Notes: generated by a model not told the origin, from the sequence alone. A stretch of 64,000 bases of DNA from an uncultured Methanoregulaceae archaeon (GCA_963705255.1 OY970061.1:2528001-2592000); one strand, 5' to 3'. Shown: positions 11,628-21,252, counted from the stretch's first letter. Numbers and translations: made by a program.

Positions 11628-11655
11628 TTTGCGCAGAATGTCTATTCTGCGCAAA
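11628..11655. other. dif-like tyrosine recombinase site (11-6-11 perfect inverted repeat)
   Basis: TTTGCGCAGAA-TGTCTA-TTCTGCGCAAA; geometry and sequence resemble the E. coli dif XerC arm and spacer (GGTGCGCATAA-TGTATA); 33 bp upstream of xerA. Confidence 0.75.
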
Positions 11656-11688
11656 CCTTTATTTATTTGAGATAAGATAGAATAGAGC

Positions 11689-12609
11689 ATGGAAAGCGGG
11701 TATTTTTCGGAGTGGCTCAAAAGCTACCGGAATTACCTCCGTATGCGAAACTACTCGACCCGCACACTTGACAGCTACGAGCAGGTTATCAAGCATTTCG
11801 CATATTACGTCTGGTTGCGTCGGCATACCGAAGTGTCAAAACTGGTGATATACTGGAAAGATTTTGAAAAAGCCAGGCTTGATACCGATGTGGATGTAAC
11901 TCCAGTTATGGTCAATGATTTTCTCTCGTTTGTATCCTCGATGCGGACCTATAAGCCAAAAACATTCCATCGCATCATCTCGACACTCAGTTCGTTCTAC
12001 CGGTTCCTTTATACCCAGGGCGCAGTTACATCAAACCCCCTGACAGGGATTGATCGGCCACGGATTAAACAGCAGGAGATCAAGTACCTGAAACATAACC
12101 AGGTATTACGCCTGATCGAATCAATCGAGGATCCCCGCGATAAACTCATTGTGAGGACCATTTATGCTACGGGAGTACGGGTATCGGAGCTCTGCAATAT
12201 GAATATCGAGGATATTGACTTCGATGAACATACCATCCGTATACGCGGAAAAGGAGACAAGATGCGGATCGTTTTTGTCGATGACGATACCCTGGCAGAG
12301 ATTCTCAAATTCATTGGAAACCGTCTTGCCGGGCCCCTCTTTATCGGGCAACAGGGAAAACATATCTCCTCCCGTGCCATCCAGCATATCTTCAAGCATT
12401 ATGCTCCTTCAGGGATCACTCCCCATAAAATCCGGCACAGCTATGCAAGTGAACTCTATAAACGTTCGAAGAATCTCAGGGTCGTCCAGGAAAACCTGGG
12501 GCATACCTCTATCAAGACTACGGAGATCTATCTGCATACTGATATCGATGAGAGAAGGCAGGTATATCAGCAATATTTCCCTTTGTTCGGTTCGAATGAA
12601 AAGGCATAA
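11689..12609 (+). CDS. xerA: Tyrosine recombinase XerA (XerC/D family)
   Basis: N-terminal SAM-like domain; catalytic residues TGVRVSE (R), GKGDK (K), HKIRH (HxxR), LGH, TTEIY (Y). Confidence 0.88.
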   Translation: MESGYFSEWLKSYRNYLRMRNYSTRTLDSYEQVIKHFAYYVWLRRHTEVSKLVIYWKDFEKARLDTDVDVTPVMVNDFLSFVSSMRTYKPKTFHRIISTLSSFYRFLYTQGAVTSNPLTGIDRPRIKQQEIKYLKHNQVLRLIESIEDPRDKLIVRTIYATGVRVSELCNMNIEDIDFDEHTIRIRGKGDKMRIVFVDDDTLAEILKFIGNRLAGPLFIGQQGKHISSRAIQHIFKHYAPSGITPHKIRHSYASELYKRSKNLRVVQENLGHTSIKTTEIYLHTDIDERRQVYQQYFPLFGSNEKA

Positions 12610-12741
12610 AAAAGGGTGATCGTGCCGTATTCTGGTGATTTTTCCGAACTGATAATCTGATAGAGATTTTAAGTGATCCTCTTTGGGCGCTGTAGAAATC
12701 CTATTATCTTGTGTGATTCGCTTACATTTTTCAACGGTTAT

Positions 12742-12889
12742 GAGAGTGACCCCCTCTCTCACGTCGAAGAACTCTGACGAGTTCTTCTTATTCTCGAGGT
12801 ACTGATGAACCTCTTCGAAAATCGAAGAACCTGCCGGTTTTTCTCCAGCCTGCTCTTCCCTTCGGGAACAGCAGTCTCCCCCACGAGCG
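12742..12889 (+). repeat. Mosaic hairpin repeat, copy A
   Basis: TCGAAGAACTC-TGAC-GAGTTCTTC, TCGAGGTAC-TGAT-GAACCTC and CTGCTCTTCCC-TTC-GGGAACAGCAG modules, end CCCCACGAGCG; shared with 49599..49881 and 39929..40220. Confidence 0.85.
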
Positions 12890-14198
12890 TCTATAATGAA
12901 AGCCGATGATTTCGACAGAACCCCGCCCCACTTTGTATAAATTTTAAGCAATCCGCCCCATGGTTTTCTTACCTATAATTGCTCCAATAATATGATAGAT
13001 CCTGTTTTGATCATGTATTGAGAGATTTTGATATTTACGCTATTTCTCGTCGTAGTTTTCCAATTAATTGGTACCAATTATTTTACTATAAACCGTATGA
13101 TGCTATATCTTAAAATTACTTCGGAACTGATGAACCGCTCTTGTATAAGCAGAATGAAAATGCTGTCGATCTAAATTTTTAAAGAATTTTCACTCATTCT
13201 ATTTTACCAGAAAATCATAAGAATTTGATAAAAACATAAGAATTTGAAAAAATCCGGAAATAGCACGTCTCTGACAAGTCCAGAGTGCATTACATCAGTT
13301 TCCAATTAATAAGGAAAAATTCACCGGAGATTCTGTTTTATCAGGATCTCACCTCTATCAGAGAACATCCTTCTCTGATCAAACATAATTATCGATTGAT
13401 AAAATTCAAAATTCCGATATTCCCGTCATAAAAATGGATTTCCAAATATTTGTAATTTCGTTTGTTTCATCGATAGCAATCAAATCCGATTTATCTGAAT
13501 TTTTTCAGATTGCCGGATTGTGGATTATGCATTCCAATAATTCCATTTTTAAGAATTGCTTGAAAAATTGAATAAAATTTCAAATTTTTCTATTTATTCG
13601 AATAAAAATTCTATTATCAAATGTTCAGATTATCAAATTTTCGTCGATACATTTTCGACAATGAAATTATTCCAGATTTCACTAATCTGTAGTGACCAAT
13701 TGGATTTCCAATCTTTTGGAATTAATAATTGTCCACAATAAAAATTTTTATAGAATTAAAATATTCCATTTTTTCCAATCAAACAACGATAATATTACAA
13801 TAAAATTTTTTGGATATCTCAATGTCTCATCTGAAATTTGTATCAAATCCAATGATCCAAAATTATTCTAATTCATCGTCCGGATATAAGGAAATATAAT
13901 CTTTTTAAATTCAGCTTTCACTTTTCAAAACTAAAAAATTCGATTTTTTATTCGAATTTATTGGAGAATACAGATGAATTTTTTGTTAATTCAATTCATT
14001 ACTGTATATCAAGAAATTTCACGATCACTTCCGAAAAATACGTAGCTTTATTTTCATTTGACTACGAGGTAAACTATCAAACCGTCTGAAAATATCACTC
14101 CGGACCTCCTACCGGAACAGGGTCCCCAATTCCAAAATGGATTTGTATGCAACCGCAATACTTTTTTCTTGTTCTGCCGACATATTGGAGCGATGCAT

Positions 14199-14654
14199 AT
14201 GGCAAAGATCCAGAAACGAAAATACGAAAAAACGGATGATGAGGAAATCGGCCTTGTCCTCCAGTGCAATGACAGCCATGAATTTTACGAAAAGTACCGG
14301 GAGATGTTTCCAAACCGGAAAAAAGGCATAGACAGTATCAGCAAGATCTGGAAACGCCGCAGCGAATTTTTAAAAAAGCAGCAGGCAGAAACGCAGTCTT
14401 CCGAATCAATAGATAGATCGGCACATGAATTTGAAAATCTCGTATCAGCACAAAACAAAATACTGGCCGAATTGTCCACAGTGATGAAAGAACAGCTCAA
14501 GGTTAGCAGGGAAATCCTTGCGCGTCTGCCAAAACAGATTCAGAAACCAGAGGAGCATACCCAGAAACCTGTGGAGATACGACAGCCCGAACAAAAAGAA
14601 CACGCAAAGAAACCGGGTACGGAAAGACCCAGTGATATAATGATTGGGTCCTGA
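14199..14654 (+). CDS. Hypothetical protein: basic HTH/Myb-like N-terminus, coiled coil, disordered tail
   Basis: GGAG RBS at 14187; ORF MAKIQKRK...SISKIWKRR, followed by heptad-rich ENLVSAQNKILAELSTVMKEQLKV. Confidence 0.7.
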   Translation: MAKIQKRKYEKTDDEEIGLVLQCNDSHEFYEKYREMFPNRKKGIDSISKIWKRRSEFLKKQQAETQSSESIDRSAHEFENLVSAQNKILAELSTVMKEQLKVSREILARLPKQIQKPEEHTQKPVEIRQPEQKEHAKKPGTERPSDIMIGS

Positions 14655-14868
14655 TCCCGTATGTGCAGCCGATGAGCGTACAAACCGGAATTAAACAGAA
14701 TACTGTCAAAATATTATTTATTATAAGATACTCTCCGCAAATTCCATTCGTGGACAAATTCGTCTTGAGTTATATGGTGGTGAAAGGTATTCTTATAGTT
14801 ACCAAATGCAAATAAATTATGGCTCCAGGTACAGGAAGAACGCTGGAGTGACAGACTTTTGAACCTGA

Positions 14869-14941
14869 ACCCCCGTAGTGTAGCGGTCAATCATGCAGGA
14901 CTTTGGATCCGGCGACACCAGTTCGAATCTGGTCGGGGGTA
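14869..14941 (+). tRNA. tRNA-Gln (anticodon TTG)
   Basis: ACCCCCG acceptor stem pairing with CGGGGGT, anticodon loop CT-TTG-GA, T-arm ACCAG-TTCGAAT-CTGGT; A1-U72 pair typical of archaeal tRNA-Gln. Confidence 0.95.
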
Positions 14942-15265
14942 TTTTTTGTTCCCGATTGTTATCATAGCCATATGTTACTATTCATGCCATCACCATCGGG
15001 AATTCATGACATCTGCTCTTATATTCTGTGAGCGGGGATCCCGGATTGATGACTCTCGAAAATTTTTCTCCTCATAGTGTCCTTTATTGGACCGATGCAA
15101 CTATTTCAACGGCTGGGTAGGGAGATATGAAATATCTGAAACAGAACTATCCTTACCTCTTCATTTTTCCAAGCGGAACACTCTATTCGACGGAAATGTA
15201 TCTCATCTTCTTCCCTGTTTGTAATTCCTGAAGATTCCGGGTAATCTGTATAAAAAAATGCGGGT

Positions 15266-16018
15266 TTATTCCAGGATAGCAAGGAGATTATCACAGCAGG
15301 AACTATCAATGATCCCGGGCGCAGAAAAAACCGGGTCGGTCTGAACCCTTGCCAGTCTCCGCATCTCTTTTTTCGAAAGGCGGAAGCCTTCTTTTTCCCT
15401 CATGGAAGTACGGTCCAGGATTGCATTTCGCAGGGATGTGGCAGCGATGTTGAATGCCGCGTTCACATCTGCATGTGCCACGAACCCGCAGTGCGGGCAT
15501 TCAAAACGCTTGCGCATCCTCCGCCCGAAACTCCCGCAGCGGCTGCAGCGTTTCGATGTATATTCCGGATTGATGTAGATTACCGGAATGCCTCTTTCTT
15601 TCGCCCGTTTCTCAACCTGGCGTTGGAGCGAGAAGAACGATCCATTTTCAAAAGAGAACATGAACGGATCGGAGATATTTTTTTGATTCGAGTAACGTGC
15701 CGAGAAGAGTCTCTCGAATTTTATACCGGAACCGAGCGATTCCGCAAAGGAAACGATCTGTCTGCAGATGGCATGAAGGGCTGACTTGAATCTTTTCCGT
15801 TCGCGACTTTTGAATTTTTTAAGTTTCCAGAGTTTGCCTTCCCTGTAGAATTTCGTACAGTTTTTCAAAGAATGGCTGTGGACATAGTGGATATTTTTCC
15901 CCAGTTTCATTACTTTCCCGCTGTATGGGTCGGCAGCGACGGCCACATGGCCGGTCGTGTTCAAATCAACACCGATCCAGCGGGTCATGAAGAGTGTGGC
16001 TTGATGAAATCTGATCAC
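15266..16018 (-). CDS. TnpB/IS605-OrfB-derived protein reduced to the RuvC and zinc-ribbon half
   Basis: RuvC-I IGVDLN, RuvC-II IKFERL, YTSKRCSRCG...FECPHCG zinc ribbon, RuvC-III HADVNAAFNI; starts at RuvC-I. Confidence 0.85.
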   Translation of the reverse strand: MIRFHQATLFMTRWIGVDLNTTGHVAVAADPYSGKVMKLGKNIHYVHSHSLKNCTKFYREGKLWKLKKFKSRERKRFKSALHAICRQIVSFAESLGSGIKFERLFSARYSNQKNISDPFMFSFENGSFFSLQRQVEKRAKERGIPVIYINPEYTSKRCSRCGSFGRRMRKRFECPHCGFVAHADVNAAFNIAATSLRNAILDRTSMREKEGFRLSKKEMRRLARVQTDPVFSAPGIIDSSCCDNLLAILE

Positions 16019-16202
16019 CTTTCCCCTCGTGATAATTCAACCGCTGTACGAAATGCCTGAACTGGTGAGCGCGTCCCGGTGTCTGATCATCCCCTGCTAC
16101 ATGAGAATACACTCCTGACTACGGATATATCTTCTGGTCAAAAAACCCGGATTAAAAAAGGGATGACGAATCGCGCAGATTCTTCTGGAAAACTGGCGGC
16201 AC

Positions 16203-18011
16203 CTATCCCATTACTGCATAGGCGACGAGGGAGAGGAGGAATGCCAGGAGCAGCATGGCGAGCGAAAGGGGGGCAACGAATACCAGCATTGCATTCACCG
16301 TGCTTGCCAGCTGGGAGATCCGGTTGGAACCGAAGACAACGATATGCTCGCAGTGTGCCGTGCTGGCAGCAGATTCCGCAGGTGCAAGATCATCAATCGC
16401 CGCCTGGACCGCCTGCATGACATAGGGAATAAGATCAGAAACAGGGATATGCATACCAACCGGGTTCTTTCCGGTGATGGTGTTCACGACATGGGAATCG
16501 GTGGTCATCACTTCAGCATGATCGACGAGCGTAAGGACTTGTCCAAGGAGGGCTTCCCGTACCCCGGCCGCCATATTGTTCCCGTCAATCAGGACGTATG
16601 CAGTGCACTGTCCTTCCACATCGATGACCATGACCTGGATCCCGAGATCCCCGAACCCCTGCTCCCTGCTGTAGGGCAGGGTCAGGTGGGAAACCCCTGC
16701 GCGGAATGGCAGGAGCGGAGTGGTCCGGCAGACCTCCATGGCATCGACAGATCCACGCTGGTATTCCGTCGCCGTCAGGGTCGCGAGAAGGACGGGGGAC
16801 GAGAGGTCAGTCATGCAGTTATGCGCATCAACCACCGCGACCTGGGGGAACCAGCGGTGTCCTTCCGCCATGATCGTGGACCCGATCGAGAAATCCAGAT
16901 CCTCGGTCTTCAGGGGCGACCGGGTAGTGACGAGAAGGACTGAGTCCCCGAACCTCTGGTAGAGAAGCTGTACCGATCCAATCGAGAGACGGCCCGACTT
17001 TCCTGCCCCGGCAGTATATACGAGATCCCGCCGGGATTTATTGAGTGCATCGATGACCTTGTTGCTCTCGGATTCGGAAACGAGGTTGAAATCATGGGTT
17101 GCGCACCCGTGCGCGACCAGGGTCTCGTCATCAAAACTGTCGTGCAGGATCTTGGGGAGGTTGCCGCCACCGATCTCCCCCATGGGCCCGGGATGCAGGT
17201 TCGGGACCGTGAAGATGAGCGGTTTTCCCTTATCCCTCCGGAAGAAAAAGCTCACCTGGGGCACAAAGATCTCTTCCCCTATTTCACGGAAGAAATCCTC
17301 CATCCCCTTCGAACCATCGGTCATGTGGGCGATGAACGCGTTGACGAATGCAAGCCCCCGGATCTTGAATGCCCTCCGGAGCGGGCGTTCTATCATCCAG
17401 ATCAGGATTGCAAAACCGAGCCCGAAGACGATATGGAGCACCAGGGCAAAGATGCCGAAGTACGGCGAGAAGAGGAGCATGCCGGCAAGAATGCCGACCC
17501 CGCTCTGGGTGAGTGCAGGCAGGATCATCCGTGGGATCCGGTAATCCGCAATAGCGACCAGCACAAACAACCTGAGCCCAAAGATAAAACCCAGGGAGAT
17601 CGCGTAAAAAAGAGGGATCAGTTTCACCGAGATTGCCAGCGCCGCGAGGGTGATAATGACCCCGAAGACCGTGCAGGAAAGCGCCAGAAGCCCGGAACGG
17701 TTCCAGGTCATGGTCTTCCCGCTGGACTCGATCATCGGTTTTGTCAGTGCGAGCGCGGCGATGGCAGGGATCGTGAAGGCGATGGTCCCGGAGAACAGGA
17801 ATTTTTCCGGTAGTGCCAGGTAACTGCTCAGGACCACCGGCAGGGTGAATGCGACATTACCCGAAACGGGGAGGCTCAGCCATGCCCGGGCGTTTGCCCC
17901 GTCGATGATCAGGCCGAGGAGAACGATGAGTACAAGGGACTGCTTCCAGTTCGGGGCAGTGAAAATGTACCGGGTGAGCTGCCCGAGTTTCACATCACTG
18001 CCCTGGGCCAT
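16203..18011 (-). CDS. DUF2070-family archaeal membrane protein
   Basis: Multi-TM N-half; HPGPMG, HGCATHDFN, DAHN, DGNN and TTDSH motifs. Confidence 0.8.
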   Translation of the reverse strand: MAQGSDVKLGQLTRYIFTAPNWKQSLVLIVLLGLIIDGANARAWLSLPVSGNVAFTLPVVLSSYLALPEKFLFSGTIAFTIPAIAALALTKPMIESSGKTMTWNRSGLLALSCTVFGVIITLAALAISVKLIPLFYAISLGFIFGLRLFVLVAIADYRIPRMILPALTQSGVGILAGMLLFSPYFGIFALVLHIVFGLGFAILIWMIERPLRRAFKIRGLAFVNAFIAHMTDGSKGMEDFFREIGEEIFVPQVSFFFRRDKGKPLIFTVPNLHPGPMGEIGGGNLPKILHDSFDDETLVAHGCATHDFNLVSESESNKVIDALNKSRRDLVYTAGAGKSGRLSIGSVQLLYQRFGDSVLLVTTRSPLKTEDLDFSIGSTIMAEGHRWFPQVAVVDAHNCMTDLSSPVLLATLTATEYQRGSVDAMEVCRTTPLLPFRAGVSHLTLPYSREQGFGDLGIQVMVIDVEGQCTAYVLIDGNNMAAGVREALLGQVLTLVDHAEVMTTDSHVVNTITGKNPVGMHIPVSDLIPYVMQAVQAAIDDLAPAESAASTAHCEHIVVFGSNRISQLASTVNAMLVFVAPLSLAMLLLAFLLSLVAYAVMG

Positions 18012-18669
18012 TATGTAAATCCTCCAAGGACCAGTTCATGGCGGTCGGGTGTCGAATGTATCGCTGCTGTAGAGTATGTTACCGGGCGCGAGTAAAACGG
18101 GGCGTCGAGCGTGATACTCTCATACTCGCCGCCCTCTCCTGCGAGGTTAATACGGCGGGTTGCGGCAACGCGCTTGAGCCGCTGGATCAGGTTCTCATCG
18201 ATGCGGGCTCCAAGATAACTCGCGTCGAGTCCCTCTGCCGCCGTGACGATTATCCTTGCATCCATCCTCACCGCCACTTCCCGCAGCAGGAGTTCAGTAT
18301 CCATGTGCCAGAGCGGGGTGAAGAGCTCCAGACCGAGGCGGTCCGTGATCGCCTTCACACGCTCCGCCTGGTATTCCGAAGCGACAGCACCTGCGATTAC
18401 GCCTTCAATGTCCAGTGAACCGAGCCCCTCTTCGAGGTCGGCAAGCTCTTCTTCCTTTCTGCCCTGCGTTTCTATCTCAACATACTCCATTCCTGAGACC
18501 CGGGCAATGACCGGAACGACATCGAGATTTGCGGAATGGAACATATAGGAATCCCGGTTCTTCGGGCGTGCGGTGACCAGGTACCGCACGTTTTTCCCGC
18601 TTTCAATTGCTTTCTGGCACGACAGGTACCCGAGTCCTTTCCCCCGGAAGTGAGTGCAGCCCAGGTCAT
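18011..18669 (-). CDS. Diphthine--ammonia ligase (PP-loop ATPase), frameshifted near 18625
   Basis: SGGKDS in ORF 18472..18669; DSYMFH, SEYQ, PLW and AGEGGEYES in ORF 18011..18589. Confidence 0.85.
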
Positions 18670-19571
18670 GGGAACGGTCTCCTCTGTTCCGGGACGCTTA
18701 TGGTGCCAAAATGCTGCCGGTAGCGTGAAAGCATCGCATCCCAGTCAGGCAGGTGTGTCTGGCAGCCAACATGTTCCACGATATAGGATGCGGTTACCGT
18801 GCCGACCTTACAGCAGGTCAACGGGTCATGACCCTTTACGAATGCTGAAAGGAACCCGGCACGGTATGAGTCGCCGGCACCGGTCGGATCGGAAAGCGTG
18901 ACCGGAACAGCCGGAATGAACTGCTCGTTTCCGCCGGAATAGAGCGTACTTCCGTCCCCGCTCATGGTGAAGATCGCCATATCAACCTGGCCGATGAGTG
19001 CCTCCCTTGTAATCCCCAGCGTTGTGCACATCTGTTTTGCCTCATGCTGGTTGGCAAAGAGGATGTCGGTATATGCTATGATCGATCCGAGCTGCTCCTT
19101 TGTGTACCAGAAGACATCCTGCCCGGGATCGAACGATGTGAACTCGCTTCTCTCCGCAACCCTGCAGTTGAACTCCGGATCCGCCGTTGCCATGTGCACG
19201 AACGGGAGGGACGGGGCTTCCGAGGTTGCGAACGCCCTGGATGCTCCCCATTCAAAGAAGGTCATCTGGTCGCCGTGATCGTCCGTGAACATGAACGCCG
19301 TCGGCGTATGTGCATCGGGGACCGTGAAGAACTGCTGGTGGATCCCGAGCTTGTTCATCCAGTGGTCATAATCCCCACCGGCAAAATCCCCTCCGGTACA
19401 GGAATGCAGGGTCACCTGTTCGCCCAGCATCGCGATCCCTGCCGCAATGTTTGCAGCGCCGCCGCCAAAATAGATCTGCCTGTCGGTAATGTGGGTCGAA
19501 CAGTTCTTTTCCGGGAGGTGGGGCACCCGGGAGATATGATCGATGGCAGTATGCCCGACGATATGGATCAT
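18666..19571 (-). CDS. PfkB-family carbohydrate/nucleoside kinase
   Basis: GGGAANIA and [13 protein letters not shown] signatures. Confidence 0.9.
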   Translation of the reverse strand: MIHIVGHTAIDHISRVPHLPEKNCSTHITDRQIYFGGGAANIAAGIAMLGEQVTLHSCTGGDFAGGDYDHWMNKLGIHQQFFTVPDAHTPTAFMFTDDHGDQMTFFEWGASRAFATSEAPSLPFVHMATADPEFNCRVAERSEFTSFDPGQDVFWYTKEQLGSIIAYTDILFANQHEAKQMCTTLGITREALIGQVDMAIFTMSGDGSTLYSGGNEQFIPAVPVTLSDPTGAGDSYRAGFLSAFVKGHDPLTCCKVGTVTASYIVEHVGCQTHLPDWDAMLSRYRQHFGTISVPEQRRPFP

Positions 19572-19906
19572 TGTTCCTGCACATCCACAAGTTTGAGGGG
19601 GACATCCCGCAGTGCTTTGCCGATAACCGATTTGGCAATCCGACCGGCATGCTCTTCAGATTCAGCCCGGAACACTTTCATCTCAAGGACAAGACCCACG
19701 AGCGCGGTATCTGCCACCACGATAGCGCTCGAGAGAGTCTCCTCGCAATAAGGACAGGTGAGGAACCCGGCATCGACTTCCACGTACTTTGCGGCCGGGT
19801 TGAGGCGTTTTCCGGCCTCGCTGACAGCAATCCCGATCGCGTCGTCAAGGGACTTGACATCGCGAACGATCCATGCAGACTCCAGGGTCACTACGTAATC
19901 CGGCAT
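19568..19906 (-). CDS. DUF555 (UPF0212) family protein
   Basis: [32 protein letters not shown]. Confidence 0.8.
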   Translation of the reverse strand: MPDYVVTLESAWIVRDVKSLDDAIGIAVSEAGKRLNPAAKYVEVDAGFLTCPYCEETLSSAIVVADTALVGLVLEMKVFRAESEEHAGRIAKSVIGKALRDVPLKLVDVQEQ

Positions 19907-19916
19907 CTTCTCACCA

Positions 19917-20444
19917 TCACCATGTTTCCCGGTGGACATGCTCCCCGACTTCCATGCGCCCGGTCAGGTGTGCCGGGGGATTGCTCCTCCCTACCGCGAG
20001 CAGAGCGATGGGTCGGATATGCTGCGGGAGATCGAGGACTTCCCGTACTCCGTCATCATCAAAAGCACCCGTCCAGCAGGAGTGGATATCCATCGCATGG
20101 GCTGCAAGCATCATGTAGGTACAGGCAATTGTGGCGTCTTCCAGTGCATAGAGAATCCCCCGTTCGCCATATCTCGACATCGAGCGGACATAGTTGGAGC
20201 AGACCACAAAGATTACCGGGGCCTGCTCCAGGTGCTGCTGCCCGTATGCACCTTCTGCAAGCGCAAGACGTGTGTCCTCCCCGGTGACAACAATGACATC
20301 CCACGCCTCGAGATTGCCGGCACTTGGTGCAGTACTGGCACATTTCAGGATGTACGTGATCTCTTCGTCAGTCAGCGGTCTGCCGTCGTACTCGCGGACC
20401 GATGATCGCCTTGTCAGGAACCCGAGAAAATCAGAGGAGTCCAT
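19917..20444 (-). CDS. Nitroreductase family protein
   Basis: [24 protein letters not shown]. Confidence 0.9.
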   Translation of the reverse strand: MDSSDFLGFLTRRSSVREYDGRPLTDEEITYILKCASTAPSAGNLEAWDVIVVTGEDTRLALAEGAYGQQHLEQAPVIFVVCSNYVRSMSRYGERGILYALEDATIACTYMMLAAHAMDIHSCWTGAFDDDGVREVLDLPQHIRPIALLAVGRSNPPAHLTGRMEVGEHVHRETW

Positions 20445-20787
20445 GTTCCGAGAGTACCTGCCATGCTTCCTGTGCCGGGGTTGTGGACAAGCTGATCGCC
20501 GAAGCAATCTTCTGGGAAGCTTGTTCCGGCTGGTTGCTTTCTGCAAGGGAAATGGCTTCGTTCAGGGAATTGATCGCTTTCTGGAACTCAGGCCTGCCGG
20601 TGCTCTTTGCCGCAAACTGGATCTCATTCCGTATCGACTCCATCATCATGAGAAGCATGCGGCGTCCTCCGGCGCGCTCCTGCTCGGCAAATCCCGTAAG
20701 TGCGAGACAGAGCTGGGATGCAATGATCAGCTCCGACTTTGCCCGTTCTCCGAACTGGTAACTTTTTACTGCGGTTGGAAGATCCAT
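20431..20787 (-). CDS. Hypothetical helical protein
   Basis: ~118-aa ORF coupled to nitroreductase; coding-like composition. Confidence 0.65.
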   Translation of the reverse strand: MDLPTAVKSYQFGERAKSELIIASQLCLALTGFAEQERAGGRRMLLMMMESIRNEIQFAAKSTGRPEFQKAINSLNEAISLAESNQPEQASQKIASAISLSTTPAQEAWQVLSEHGLL

Positions 20788-20925
20788 ACTCACCATAGTT
20801 GTTGGGATAAAAGATAGTTATCCCTGACGCATTATTTCTGAAAAACAAAACACACCGCAGTGTGAAAAACTAAAGAGGTTCATTGAACCTCTCAACCCAT
20901 CACGGGCCCGGACGCGTTTTGGTAC

Positions 20926-21252
20926 TTACCGCGATGACTTCGCTTTGGCGCCGAGCGCCGAGACTTTTGCGCGGCGCATGCGGCGGCGGATCATCGGGTT
21001 TGCTGTCGATTCGTTCATACCGGATCCTCCCGAGCGGTCTCCGCCACGCCTGCCCCCGCCACGACGCCCGCCGCGTCCACCGCGTCCGCCCATCGCTTCT
21101 GCGGCCTGGTCAATCTGCTTGACATTTGCACCGGCTTTGAACCGCTGGTTGGGACCGGGGGTCTTCGCCTCTCCTTCTTTTTTGGGGACGAGACGGATCT
21201 GTCCTTTGACACCTTTTACCTGCGCCCAGAGGGTTGTACCTGTTTTGCCCAT
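20926..21252 (-). CDS. Small basic RGG-rich protein (DUF5350-like)
   Basis: MGKTGT..WAQVKGVKGQIRLVP, GPNQRFK, RGG repeats, RRRMRRAK; RBS AAGGAG. Confidence 0.75.
   Translation of the reverse strand: MGKTGTTLWAQVKGVKGQIRLVPKKEGEAKTPGPNQRFKAGANVKQIDQAAEAMGGRGGRGGRRGGGRRGGDRSGGSGMNESTANPMIRRRMRRAKVSALGAKAKSSR

Noticed and set aside
12409-12951. ORFs running through the hairpin repeats (also 39794..40051, 44324..44710, 60234..60981, which share PHFSSSRF.RNLSD)
   Set aside because: The peptide similarity simply reflects the DNA repeat; starts and frames are inconsistent and they overlap real genes
11689-14941. Integrative element inserted at tRNA-Gln with the recombinase as its integrase
   Set aside because: No duplicated tRNA 3' end found in the window; the recombinase looks XerA-like and has its own dif-like site; no phage or plasmid genes
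15100-16200. Intact IS200/IS605 element with omegaRNA
   Set aside because: No tnpA, no recognisable subterminal hairpins, the N-terminal half of TnpB is absent, and a T-tract follows the stop
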